This document shows, piece after piece, positions 41,433 through 50,790 of a stretch of DNA of 64,000 nucleotides. This DNA is from Pirellulales bacterium. GTDB lineage: Bacteria; Planctomycetota; Planctomycetia; Pirellulales; JBBDJB01. Positions within the stretch are counted from its first letter, which is position 1, and each line of letters opens with the position of its first letter. The stretch is from contig JBBDJB010000032.1 in the NCBI GenBank assembly GCA_040880125.1, forward strand, positions 11,090 to 75,089. The letters are read 5' to 3'. Below the pieces are notes generated by a model. The model did no database searches. It saw nothing but the letters and a program-made list of their open reading frames with translations, and had not been told where the DNA came from. A program made the translations under genes and the position numbers.

Positions 41433-41537
41433 ATGCCTGATCCAAACTACAGCGGCGAAGAGGCGGGCGGGTTTTGGCCGTGGATGATCGGCATCCTGCT
41501 AATTTTCATCCTGCTCGTCGCGTGGACCAGTTGCTAG
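41433..41537 (+). CDS. possible 34-aa single-TM mini-protein (speculative)
   Basis: ATG...TAG translates to MPDPNYSGEEAGGFWPWMIGILLIFILLVAWTSC. An in-frame stop lies two codons upstream of the ATG (41427-41429). There is no SD and it is too short for the ORF track. Confidence 0.2.
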   Translation: MPDPNYSGEEAGGFWPWMIGILLIFILLVAWTSC

Positions 41538-41600
41538 CGCGCGCGTTCGAGCGTCAGGCGGCGCGCCGGTTTGCGACGCCCGATGAGGTCGGGCACGGTC

Positions 41601-43958
41601 CTATTGATCGCCGTAGACCTGCGTGCTCTCTTCCTTGGTGACCGGGTCGGTTACTTCATCGGTTCGAACCTGCACGACCAAGCGTTGATCGCCCGGCTGA
41701 ATTCCTTTGATCTTCGCCCGATAGGTGACATCGGCCTTTGGCGCGAGCTTGCGCAGTGGTTCGAAGTGCAACTGGTTGCCCTGGATTTCAGATGCACCAG
41801 GGCCTTCGCCGCTGAGCAACTGCATGCCCGGCGGTGCGATAGCCACCACGGTGACGTTGGTGGCCTCTTTTGTGCCTTGATTTACCACGCGGATCTCGTA
41901 TTCTGTTTCGCCGCCGACCTCGATCGGGTCTTGCACATCGACCACCTCGAAGCGGATCGCCACCAGCCCCTTTACGCTTACCGTCTGGCGAGCCTCGCGC
42001 AGGAGTCCCCGATCGGCCTTGCCCTCGATCCGCAAAATCTGCTCACCGGCTTCCACCGGCAGCGTGACCAGTTCGACGCTGCCACTATCCTTGGCGGGCA
42101 GCGCATCCAGTCCCCAATAGACGGCATGGCTGGCTTCATCGTATTGCCCATGGTTGTTCGCCCGCACGAACTTCATTCCCTTGGGTAGATACGTCACCAG
42201 TTCGACGTCCTGTGCGTCGGCCGTGCCAGGATTGGCCACACCGACGGTATAGACTGCTTGGCGATCCAGATATCGGACGGCCGGTCCTTCGACGGTCACA
42301 TCCAACCCCGGAGCAACGACTTCCACGGCGAATTGACTGTCGACGCGTAGTCCTGCGTCGGCTTTGGCGGTCAGAACGCTGTCAATGCGGCCCTCTTGCT
42401 CGGCGGTCAGCACCAGGTCTAACTCCCGTGTTTCACCAGGTGCAAGTGTGCCGACTTCGAACTCCAGCGCCTGGCCCGAGGGATGTCGAACGCCAAGCGG
42501 CACGTTGTAAAGCAGCAACACTCCGGTGGCGGGTCCGCTGCCCGGATTGGAGATATCTATCTTGAGGAGCACATCTTCGCCGATCATCACCGGCCGGGAA
42601 TCGGAGACCTTAAGATTCAACTCCGGCTTGGTGGCGGTCACCCGAGCGGAAGCCTGCGTCTCGAACTGCACTCGTGCAACGCTGCCGATTTCGCCCTCCG
42701 CATGAGGCTGCAGTCGCATCTCCAGCGTGATTTCGCCACCCGGCTCGAGGGTGCCTTGCTCCCATACCAGTTGACCGTCGGGAGTCTCCGTCGCCTGTGG
42801 CGACGTACCGAGCAATTGCGTTCCTTCTGGAACAGTGTCGTATACCAATAGATTATGGGCGGGCACTTCGCCGTCGTTGCGAACCTGGATCGTGAAGCGG
42901 CACTCTTTGCCGACTTGTATTTCCGGAGGAGCGATTTTCGTGACCGTGATGGTGGGAATCTGTGGGCCTTCCAGCTTCTTCGCGCCGGGGCGACCCGTAC
43001 CGTCGGTTCCAGCCGCCGGGGCAAATCCGCTCTGCGCACTCGGCTGCCCGTAGGAGGCATCCGCAGTGAAATCGTTCGCCGCATCCGCAGCCGGCAATGG
43101 CTGGGCATGATGGACGTCGGCAGCAGGTAAGAGATGTTCTGGCTCACCGACCGCCGCGTTGCTGCCCGCTAGTTCGTCGGACGGTACGAACTGGCCCTGG
43201 TTCGAGGTCGAAAGTACTGTCGACTCCGCCGGCTGCCGCCCGGATACCTCCGGCAGCGTTCCCGTTGCGCCGCTGGCATCGGTGACGGATTGGCCGGTTG
43301 CAGCCGCTCCGATTGCCGCAGTTCGGGCCATCGGATTGGGTCGACCTCCCAGCCCGACCTGGAATGACGGTCCTGCAAGCTCCGGCGCCGTGGTGTCCTC
43401 AGCGAACGCTGCACTCGCCGGAGGTGCAGTGTAGCGTTCCTCCTCGCCGCGGTTCTGCCGGTATGGATTTTCGTTGATTTGATTTGCTTGCCGGACATTG
43501 CTCCCCTGGGGCGAGTTTGAAGAGAGTTGATCCGTGGCGGTGGTGCTTTGCTCAAGGCTGCTTGCCGATGGGATGTCGCTATCCGCGCCTCCCGCTTGAA
43601 CCGCCAACTGTTGCGGCTGTTGCATAGGGCGATGACTTTCGGCGTAGCGGTCAGTCCCACCAGAAAGTTGCAGATTCGCCGTCTCAACCCCTTGAGGCTC
43701 GTCGGATTCCGATGGAAGGCGCCGAGCATCGGCCGGGGGAGCAAAGGGGTTCTTCGTTTCGCCATCGTCGTCGGCGATCGCTCCGGGAGCCGGCGAAGGC
43801 GACTTTGGGAGCGTCTCTGGCGAGTCGGTCGCCTCCGTTTGTTCCGACTGCTTTTCGGAGTCCGAACGCCCGTAACGGGCCTGAGCGATCGCAATCAACC
43901 CCAGGGCGACGACGATCGAAAGAACAGCTAATCGGAGGATCAGACGCTTCATGGACAT
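41601..43958 (-). CDS. DUF11-repeat cell-surface protein (OmcB-like) with a long low-complexity N-terminal region
   Basis: It has an N-terminal anchor (MSMKRLILRLAVLSIVVALGLIAIAQA) and ~330 aa rich in Q/A/S/P/G. About 4 repeats of the DUF11 pattern follow (e.g. CRFTIQVRNDGEVPAHNLLVYDTVPEG, LKIDISNPGSGPATGV, YTVGVANPGTADAQDVELVTYLPKG, YEIRVVNQGTKEATNVTV). Confidence 0.85.
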   Translation of the reverse strand: MSMKRLILRLAVLSIVVALGLIAIAQARYGRSDSEKQSEQTEATDSPETLPKSPSPAPGAIADDDGETKNPFAPPADARRLPSESDEPQGVETANLQLSGGTDRYAESHRPMQQPQQLAVQAGGADSDIPSASSLEQSTTATDQLSSNSPQGSNVRQANQINENPYRQNRGEEERYTAPPASAAFAEDTTAPELAGPSFQVGLGGRPNPMARTAAIGAAATGQSVTDASGATGTLPEVSGRQPAESTVLSTSNQGQFVPSDELAGSNAAVGEPEHLLPAADVHHAQPLPAADAANDFTADASYGQPSAQSGFAPAAGTDGTGRPGAKKLEGPQIPTITVTKIAPPEIQVGKECRFTIQVRNDGEVPAHNLLVYDTVPEGTQLLGTSPQATETPDGQLVWEQGTLEPGGEITLEMRLQPHAEGEIGSVARVQFETQASARVTATKPELNLKVSDSRPVMIGEDVLLKIDISNPGSGPATGVLLLYNVPLGVRHPSGQALEFEVGTLAPGETRELDLVLTAEQEGRIDSVLTAKADAGLRVDSQFAVEVVAPGLDVTVEGPAVRYLDRQAVYTVGVANPGTADAQDVELVTYLPKGMKFVRANNHGQYDEASHAVYWGLDALPAKDSGSVELVTLPVEAGEQILRIEGKADRGLLREARQTVSVKGLVAIRFEVVDVQDPIEVGGETEYEIRVVNQGTKEATNVTVVAIAPPGMQLLSGEGPGASEIQGNQLHFEPLRKLAPKADVTYRAKIKGIQPGDQRLVVQVRTDEVTDPVTKEESTQVYGDQ

Positions 43959-44208
43959 AGTCCCGTGAAGAAGTGCGATGATGACGCGTCACAGCCGGTG
44001 CGGAACACCGCCTATACGGCTGAATTCGCGTTGCGCGCGAACTGCCGCACAGCGGCCGCCCTTGGCGGAGTCGCCTAACTAGCAGAATCTGGCGAGACGC
44101 GGAAGAGCAGTTGGCGTTCCTGCGAAGGGCCCCAACGTCTCGCGGACTGGCTTGTCGATGTGGACGATTGGGCGGATTATCGTAAACTTGGCACAAGGGC
44201 AGGAGATT

Positions 44209-44290
<82 letters not shown>

Positions 44291-44330
44291 TTGGCGGCTG
44301 CACTGCGGTGCGATGTGGCGCGGTTCCATG

Positions 44331-44768
44331 TCAGAAGTTGCAACTGGGGCGGTGCTTACGGCACGGCTGGGTTTGCCCCTGATTATGCTCCGGATCGACC
44401 GGTTTCGTGCAATTCGGTGCGAGGGACGGCGGTTTTGGCGCGAGCTGTTCGGCACCATATTCGGCACCACTCGGCACCATAGTGGGCACCACTTGCTGGC
44501 CGTTCTCGGCGTCGATGCCTACGGCGAATCGCGGCTCGCTTTCATCCGGAGACGGTGACGCGGCAGGCACGGCGGGCAAGGACTCCACGGCGGCAGATTG
44601 CTCCGCGACACCCAAATTGGTGTACGTGTTCATCGTCAAGTTGATGTCCGAATGCCTTGCCAGCAGCTGGGCCACCTTGGGGGCCACTCCGGAGCGAGTC
44701 AGTTTGGTGATGAAAGTCGTCCGCAGTGCGTGGAAGTCGACGACGCAGCCGTGGTGGAATGGCCAAAT
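44331..44768 (-). pseudogene. tyrosine recombinase/integrase remnant (C-terminal catalytic end only)
   Basis: My translation is ...IWPFHHGCVVDFHALRTTFITKLTRSGVAPKVAQLLARHSDINLTMNTYTNLGV. This carries the H-x-x-R ... H ... Y end of the tyrosine recombinase fold. An in-frame TGA at 44769-44771 cuts off everything N-terminal, so ~250 aa are missing. Confidence 0.7.
44448..44492. repeat. four direct copies of (T/G)GGCACCA spaced 10-12 nt, inside the integrase-remnant tail
   Basis: GGCACCA occurs at 44451, 44463, 44473 and 44485, read directly. Confidence 0.6.
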
Positions 44769-44943
44769 TCATTGGTCGCAGTCTCCGCTGCGTTAGCACC
44801 AGCGGCAAATTCGACCTCACCTGACGAGTAGGGGTATCATTTCGTCACTTCAACACCAGCCAGCGGTCGATATGACCGAGCCGCGCTAGATGGGCCGCTC
44901 TGGGATCGGTCGGAGGCACTAACCGCATCAGGCCGGATGGCGA

Positions 44944-47853
44944 TCAAATGGACGCGGACGGGTTAGTATCCGCTTGCACTTCGGCTCGAAGCCCCGCAAG
45001 CAGTGCTTGGAGCGCTTTGATTTCAACCGGCTTGACCAAGTGGTGTTCGAAACCAGCCTCCCTGGTACGCCGCCGGTCTTCCTCCTGCCCCCAGCCGGTC
45101 AACGCCACTAGAACGCACTGTTTGCCCGTTGGCATGTTCTGGATACGGTTGGCAACTTCATATCCGCTCATTCCCGGCATGCCTAAATCGAGCAGCACCA
45201 CAGATGGTTGAAAGGACTGGATCGCATCCAGTGCGGCAGGCCCATCGTGCGCCGTCTGCACGTGGTTCCCCAGTTTGCTTAACACCAACGCCAGACTTTT
45301 CGCGGCATCGTGATTGTCATCGACAACAAGCACACGGCTGCCCATGGCGAGGTCGCTGAGGAACCGGTCTACAACAGGACTTTCAATAACGGACGCCGCC
45401 TGCGGTTCCGCAAGCGGCAGGTGGACGATGAACTCGGCACCGCTACCTTCACCTTCGCTGCGGGCTTCGATCCAGCCGCCTTGCATTTCTACTAAACGTT
45501 TGGCCAACGCCAGACCGATCCCCAGTCCGCCTTGCGCCCGTTTATGGTCTCGGTCAGCTTGCGCGAACATGTGAAACAACTGCGGCAGCACTGTCGTTGA
45601 AATACCGACTCCCGTGTCACGAACGGAAATAGCCACCTCACCATTATTTGGTTCTGCGGAAAGCCAAATACTTCCACCAGCCTCGGTATACTTCGCTGCA
45701 TTGTTGAGTAGATTCGCGACAACCTGCGAGAGCCGAACAGGGTCCACCACGACGTTTAGCTGCTCCTCGGGAAGCGACAGAGTGAAGCTGTGTCCAGATT
45801 CCTCTATGAGCGGCTTACTCGTTTCGACGGCGCTGTGGAGTACTTCTGAAAGATCGAGCAGTTCGGGACGAAGTTCGATCTTTCCGCTGGTGATCCGGGA
45901 TACTTCGAGGAGATCGTCCACCAGTCGGACCATATGGTCGACCTGCCGCTCCATAATCTCCTGAATTGGGAGAGCATCAGAACTGACCGGCGTTGACATG
46001 CGTAGAAGCTGCAGCGAATTGCGGATGGGCGCCAGAGGATTTCGAAGTTCGTGGGCCAGCGTTGCAAGGAAGTCATTCTTGCGCCGATCCGTTTCTGCCA
46101 ACTCCGCGAGCCGCAGCCGCAGTTGGGCCTCAAGCTGCTTGCGCTCACTGATGTCCCTCACGATGCCCGTAAAGAGCCGTTGCGTTCCTAGGTTGAACGT
46201 GCTGACGGCCAGGTCCATTGGGAAGGTTGAGCCGTCTTTGCGCCTTCCTACCACCTCACGACCGATGCCAATGATTTTGGCCTGGCCGGTGGCGAGGTAA
46301 TTGTCGAGGTAGCCATCGTGCTGGCTGTGATAAGGCTCGGGCATCAACTCTTTGACGTTCTGCCCAATCACCTCCCTGCGCAGATAGCCGAATAGCATCT
46401 CCGCAGCCGGGTTGAATGATTCAATGTTGCCACGCTCATCAATGGTGATGATTCCGTCGACCACGTGATCCACCACGGACCGCATCCGCTCTTCGGCCTG
46501 CCGCAGTTCGCCCTCAGCCCGCCTCTGCTCGGTAATATCTAGCTCGGATCCGGCCATACGAACGGCCTGGCCGGATTCGTCGCGCCGCGCAATACCTCGA
46601 TCCAGAATCCATATCCAGTGTCCCGCTTTGTGCCGTACCCGGTACTCTTCTCTAAAGATTGGCACACGGCCCGTCAGGTGGGCCTGAAGGGCCGCCATGA
46701 CGCGGTCGTAGTCATCCGGGTGAATTCCGGCCTTCCATTCCTCCTCGCTATCGGAGACGTCGGCGTCCGACAGCCCTCGCAATTGCTTCCATCGTGGGGA
46801 GTACAGAACCCGGTGGTGAAGAAGATCCCAGTCCCAGATCGCCGCCTCGGCGCCCAGGAGGACGAGCTCGTATCGTTGCTCACGATCCCGAAGCGCGAAC
46901 TCGGCTTGCTTCCGTTCAGCGATGTCCTTTCTGAGGATGGACTCAAGCTCGGCCTGGCTTTGCTTGGTTGCCTGTGCGGCGCCGCTGATGCCGGTCGCCG
47001 TCCAAGTCAGCAGTACCAGGAGCATTGCCACCGTCGTCAGCAGCACGAGCGAAACGCCAAACGCAGTGTCATAGTACTCGGCTCTTTGTCCCAGCAGTCG
47101 CAGCCAGCCGATCAACAGCGGAAGGACGATGATCGGCAGCAAAAGCCTTCGGACAAGCATGCCGCCGGCGTCATCGCGGTACAACAAAGCTACCAGGCCA
47201 TGCCCCGGGACACTGGCAATCATACCGACGCCAAGTGCAGCGATGATGGTGCTCGATTGCCATGCAATGCCGGTCAAATGCACGACTGTGTAGAGCTTGT
47301 CCGAGCCGAACCAATACCCAATCAGCGAAAGAGAGGAGATGGCAATGGGTAGAATTGCCAGCGCGCTCGCGAACCGTTGCGCCCGTGCGCCGCCAGTGGC
47401 CAAGAACAACGCTATGCCGAGGATTAGGAAGGAGGTGGATGCCGGTGGCCCCATCCGCATCGGGCTGGCAGCAGCCCGTTGGCCCCACGGCCGATCGAAG
47501 AGAAGCGTGTCAATTCCGAGGTTAACACCTGAAACGTGCTGAAAGAGCGTCAGCCCACCGATCAAGGCTGCCGTGAGGGCCAAGACTTGTATCGTGCGGC
47601 TCCGATGGCGACCGCCTATGGCAAGCAAGACCAATCCTACGCCGATGAGGCTGGCGCAAACCGCGGTGTTGGGAAACATCGAGATGCCCGTGTCGGCCCA
47701 ATCCGTGAGCCTTGGGCGGCCCAGACCCCATCCGAGCAGAGTGACGGCGCCAGCTAGGATCGCGTAGGTCCCAGCACCTATCGACGCCCTTCTCGCCAGT
47801 TCAAATCGCGATTGCCCAAAGGCCGTCTGAGAGCGCTCGTCATCGGTTGTCAT
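44944..47853 (-). CDS. hybrid sensor histidine kinase/response regulator with a polytopic membrane N-terminus and PAS domains
   Basis: 969 aa with ~8 N-terminal hydrophobic helices and 2 PAS-like segments. The HisKA box is RKNDFLATLAHELRNPLAPIR. HATPase N/G boxes are NLLNNAAKYT and GGLGIGLALAKRLVEMQGG. The receiver is VLVVDDNHDAAKS...VLLDLGMPGMSGYEV...LVKP. Confidence 0.92.
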   Translation of the reverse strand: MTTDDERSQTAFGQSRFELARRASIGAGTYAILAGAVTLLGWGLGRPRLTDWADTGISMFPNTAVCASLIGVGLVLLAIGGRHRSRTIQVLALTAALIGGLTLFQHVSGVNLGIDTLLFDRPWGQRAAASPMRMGPPASTSFLILGIALFLATGGARAQRFASALAILPIAISSLSLIGYWFGSDKLYTVVHLTGIAWQSSTIIAALGVGMIASVPGHGLVALLYRDDAGGMLVRRLLLPIIVLPLLIGWLRLLGQRAEYYDTAFGVSLVLLTTVAMLLVLLTWTATGISGAAQATKQSQAELESILRKDIAERKQAEFALRDREQRYELVLLGAEAAIWDWDLLHHRVLYSPRWKQLRGLSDADVSDSEEEWKAGIHPDDYDRVMAALQAHLTGRVPIFREEYRVRHKAGHWIWILDRGIARRDESGQAVRMAGSELDITEQRRAEGELRQAEERMRSVVDHVVDGIITIDERGNIESFNPAAEMLFGYLRREVIGQNVKELMPEPYHSQHDGYLDNYLATGQAKIIGIGREVVGRRKDGSTFPMDLAVSTFNLGTQRLFTGIVRDISERKQLEAQLRLRLAELAETDRRKNDFLATLAHELRNPLAPIRNSLQLLRMSTPVSSDALPIQEIMERQVDHMVRLVDDLLEVSRITSGKIELRPELLDLSEVLHSAVETSKPLIEESGHSFTLSLPEEQLNVVVDPVRLSQVVANLLNNAAKYTEAGGSIWLSAEPNNGEVAISVRDTGVGISTTVLPQLFHMFAQADRDHKRAQGGLGIGLALAKRLVEMQGGWIEARSEGEGSGAEFIVHLPLAEPQAASVIESPVVDRFLSDLAMGSRVLVVDDNHDAAKSLALVLSKLGNHVQTAHDGPAALDAIQSFQPSVVLLDLGMPGMSGYEVANRIQNMPTGKQCVLVALTGWGQEEDRRRTREAGFEHHLVKPVEIKALQALLAGLRAEVQADTNPSASI

Positions 47854-48390
47854 GGGACATCTCGCGACTCCACATACGAACCATCTTGTTTAGCTCGCTC
47901 GCCGTTGCTTCGCCGGACCCCCCTAGCGATGAACGGCCGAGGGCCACACTTTCGCATTCATTTTGCTAAGGTTGAAGCAGCATATCAGCACGGCTTGCCA
48001 ACTACAACTTCCGCCATCGGCTTGCTGTGGGCTTCAGATCGTCGCTCGACGTTCCAGCATGCATTGACGGTATCACCGTTCACGAAGGATTCCGGCCGCT
48101 ACTGTTGCGCTACACCGTTCCATAAGGCTTCGATCGCCTCTGCGGAATTCGGCTTGCCTATCTGCGAAAGGTCACCCGTCGCGTTGGCAGGAGGCTGGCG
48201 GCGAAAAGCACGCCCACCTGTGCGTCCTGAGGGGCGTTTTACGTCGAGGGCGTTGCCTTGTTGTACGTGCGGAAAGGACGATGGAACGCCTATGCCGCTG
48301 GTGCCGCAGACACGGACCGTTAAGATGGTGTGGGACATATTCTCGTCGAACTACGATTCCACAATCCAGAACACGCAACGGAACTGAGCG

Positions 48391-49035
48391 ATGAAAGCAC
48401 ACCCGCTTCTCAGCATCGTTTTAGGGCTTACTATCGCTGGACCAGGCGCCATCTTCGCCGAAGATCCAGGCCGTGAATTCGCGCCAAGCAAAGACGAACA
48501 GCAGCTTCCGTTCGCCATGCACGCGAAGATGGAGCAGCTTCCACGAATCCGCGTCGGCCAGCAGGATGCAGATCTGATTGGCCGCGACAATCGGGCATTG
48601 CAGGCAGGGGTCGACTATATCGCGGCGCTCGGTGGCGGCGTCGTTGAGGTTGGCCCGGGCGAGTACGTGATGCACGATTCGCTACACCTGCGTTCGAATG
48701 TGACGGTTAAGGGATCACCAGGTCAGACGATCTTGCGCAAGGCAGTCGGCGTGGTTTCAACCTTGGCACTCGATGGCGACTTCGGCGAGCAACAGCTAAC
48801 GGTCGACGATCCGACGCAATTCGACGTCGGCTACGGCGTTGCGATTTGGGACGACAACGCCGGGGAAATGTCACTCGTACATTATCTCGATCTATCCGAC
48901 ACGTTGCAACTACGTTCATCGGTACACGAGATATCTAGCTGCAGGAAACAGATCTATCCAACCAGCGGCGTGATTGCCTTCACGGCCCTTGTTGACGAAG
49001 GACGATTGATCCGGCTCCGAGGTTCCTGCACATGA
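48391..49035 (+). CDS. truncated right-handed beta-helix (pectate-lyase-superfamily-like) secreted protein, probably a gene remnant
   Basis: It has a signal peptide (MKAHPLLSIVLGLTIAGPGAIFA). DNRALQAGVDYIAALGGGVVEVGPGEYVMHDSLHLRSNVTVKG is a typical N-terminal cap of this fold. Family-like sequence stops after ...GVAIWDDNAG (~nt 48865), and the ORF ends at 214 aa, far shorter than the fold requires. Confidence 0.45.
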   Translation: MKAHPLLSIVLGLTIAGPGAIFAEDPGREFAPSKDEQQLPFAMHAKMEQLPRIRVGQQDADLIGRDNRALQAGVDYIAALGGGVVEVGPGEYVMHDSLHLRSNVTVKGSPGQTILRKAVGVVSTLALDGDFGEQQLTVDDPTQFDVGYGVAIWDDNAGEMSLVHYLDLSDTLQLRSSVHEISSCRKQIYPTSGVIAFTALVDEGRLIRLRGSCT

Positions 49036-49357
49036 GCCACAAGGATTTTCAGCGTTGGCCGTGTACAGCTGTCGTACGGGCACGGGTTCGCTCCATGTCC
49101 AGAGGGTTCCGGCCGGTGGCTTGTGCTGTTCTACTTGCCAATCGAGCGAGAGCTGAAGCACTTTTTGTCGCACGTGTGACTACTCGAAGAGGAGTAAGCG
49201 TCTTCGGTGATTTAAAGACAAGTTGCTGGCGTGGCCTAGCTGAAGGTGGCAGAATTACAATTCCGAAGACGCCGGGGCACCATTCCGCGTGCCGGACCTT
49301 GCTTACCACAGTCGAGGCAAAGCTCGTAGTTCATCCTCAACCACGGATTCTCTCCCC

Positions 49358-50242
49358 ATGAATCGTTCCCTCCTCGCCGCTTCTGCGACTTCACTTCTAT
49401 TCCTCTGCAAGATCGGCAGTGCGCAGACGCGTACGTCTGACGTTCCCTACGTCGAGAACGGGCACGAACGCCAGGTTCTTGACATTTACACACCCGAAGC
49501 ACGGCCCGACGCGAGCCTCCCGGTCATGATATGGATTCATGGCGGCGGTTGGCAGGCCGGAGACAAGAGTGATGTCTCGCTGAAACCCAAGGTGTTGACC
49601 GAACGAGGATTCGTCTTCGTATCCGCGAACTACCGTCTGCTGCCGGAGGTGGAGATGGATGTTTTGATCCGGGATGTCGCGAAGGCGCTTGGCTGGGTAC
49701 ATCGAAACATCGCCAAGTACGGCGGCGACCCGAGACGCATCTTTGTCGGCGGACACTCCGCCGGTGCCCAACTCGCGGCGTTGATCTGCATCGACGATCG
49801 CTACCTGAAGGCGGAAGGCGTCTCCTTCGATGTCCTGCAGGGATGCATACCGGTGGACGGCGATACCTACGATATTCCCAACATCATCATGACGGCCGAA
49901 CACCGGCAGGCTCTCTACGGCGGCAAGATGTTTACGTTCGGCCATCGTCAGAAGTTTGGAAACGATCCGGAAAGGCATGTCGACTTTTCCGCGGTGACGC
50001 ACGTCGCGAATGACAAAAGCATTCCGCCGTTTTTGATCCTGTACTTTTCCGGCAATCCCGATACGACGGCTCAAGCAAGGCGTCTGGAAGCCGTGCTGAA
50101 GGAAGCTGACATTCAGGTAACGGCATATGGCAAGCAGGACAGCAATCATAGCCGCTTAAATGACGGCCTCGGTAAGTCTGATGATCCGGCAACGCAGGAA
50201 TTCTACAAGTTTCTTGACGCGGTCACCGGCAGTCAGTTGTGA
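49358..50242 (+). CDS. secreted alpha/beta-hydrolase (carboxylesterase/lipase-type)
   Basis: The start is moved to ATG 49358, giving [23 protein letters not shown]. The oxyanion motif is [15 protein letters not shown] and the nucleophile elbow is GGHSAGA. Confidence 0.85.
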   Translation: MNRSLLAASATSLLFLCKIGSAQTRTSDVPYVENGHERQVLDIYTPEARPDASLPVMIWIHGGGWQAGDKSDVSLKPKVLTERGFVFVSANYRLLPEVEMDVLIRDVAKALGWVHRNIAKYGGDPRRIFVGGHSAGAQLAALICIDDRYLKAEGVSFDVLQGCIPVDGDTYDIPNIIMTAEHRQALYGGKMFTFGHRQKFGNDPERHVDFSAVTHVANDKSIPPFLILYFSGNPDTTAQARRLEAVLKEADIQVTAYGKQDSNHSRLNDGLGKSDDPATQEFYKFLDAVTGSQL

Positions 50243-50297
50243 AGCCTGACAAGATCGAACTGGTCTCGTTACCGGCTGGACCGTGACCCCAAAGAAT

Positions 50298-50727
50298 TCA
50301 CTTCTCGACGTCACCAACGCAGGTTTCCCTCAGAGCCAAGCCGCGCATCATCCTCGCGAGAATGTGCGTGACGACCATCGGCTCGGCGCGAAAGCCTGCG
50401 TCTTCAAAGAGCGCCACGACTGCATTGCGATTGGGATCCAGATTGAATTCAAGCACCCACCAGCAAAGCTTCCGGCGGCAGTTTCTCGCCGTGAATCAGC
50501 TTGTCCGCTTCGCCGAGCACGCGGTTAGACTCGCGGAATTCGTCGAACGAGGACGACGTCGGTTTGGCATTCAGAGCGGTATCCAGCGGCGGAGTATCGT
50601 CCCCGCGTCGAAACTCCCAGCTCCCTTCCAGCACGCATTCCCAGAAGTATTTCATCACGAACGGCGCCTCCGTGAGGAAACCGCCTTTACTGCCGGGTTG
50701 TACACCCGAACTGCCAGCTCGTTCCAC
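50298..50727 (-). pseudogene. hypothetical gene apparently split by a 1-nt frameshift
   Basis: Frame 1 gives ...MKYFWECVLEGSWEFRRGDD...IHGEKLPPEALLVGA*, with its stop at 50449. A second frame continues as LEFNLDPNRNAVVALFEDAGFRAEPMVVTHILARMMRGLALRETCVGDVEK*, with its stop at 50298. The junction lies in the run GGTGGGTG (~50454-50462). Family not recognised. Confidence 0.3.
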
Positions 50728-50790
50728 TGGTCAGGGACGAGACTGCCGGAAGGGATGCAGTTCTACAAACCAATCAGGCATCGCCACGCC

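Larger units (their letters stand above)
44291..50790. mobile_element. probable decayed genomic island at the 3' side of tRNA-Leu (right boundary uncertain)
   Basis: A tRNA-adjacent truncated tyrosine integrase is followed by a lower-G+C stretch. That stretch holds a hybrid kinase, a truncated beta-helix gene, an esterase and a frameshifted ORF. No att direct repeat was found by eye. Confidence 0.3.

Noticed and set aside
49225-49275. GGTGGCAGAATT...GAAGACGCC resembles the 5' D-arm region of the tRNA-Leu (GTGGCGGAATTGGCAGACGCG). It was considered as a possible att repeat or tRNA fragment marking an island boundary.
   Set aside because: The match is only ~10/11 over a short core. Integrase att repeats normally duplicate the tRNA 3' end, not the 5' part, and no cloverleaf can be drawn.
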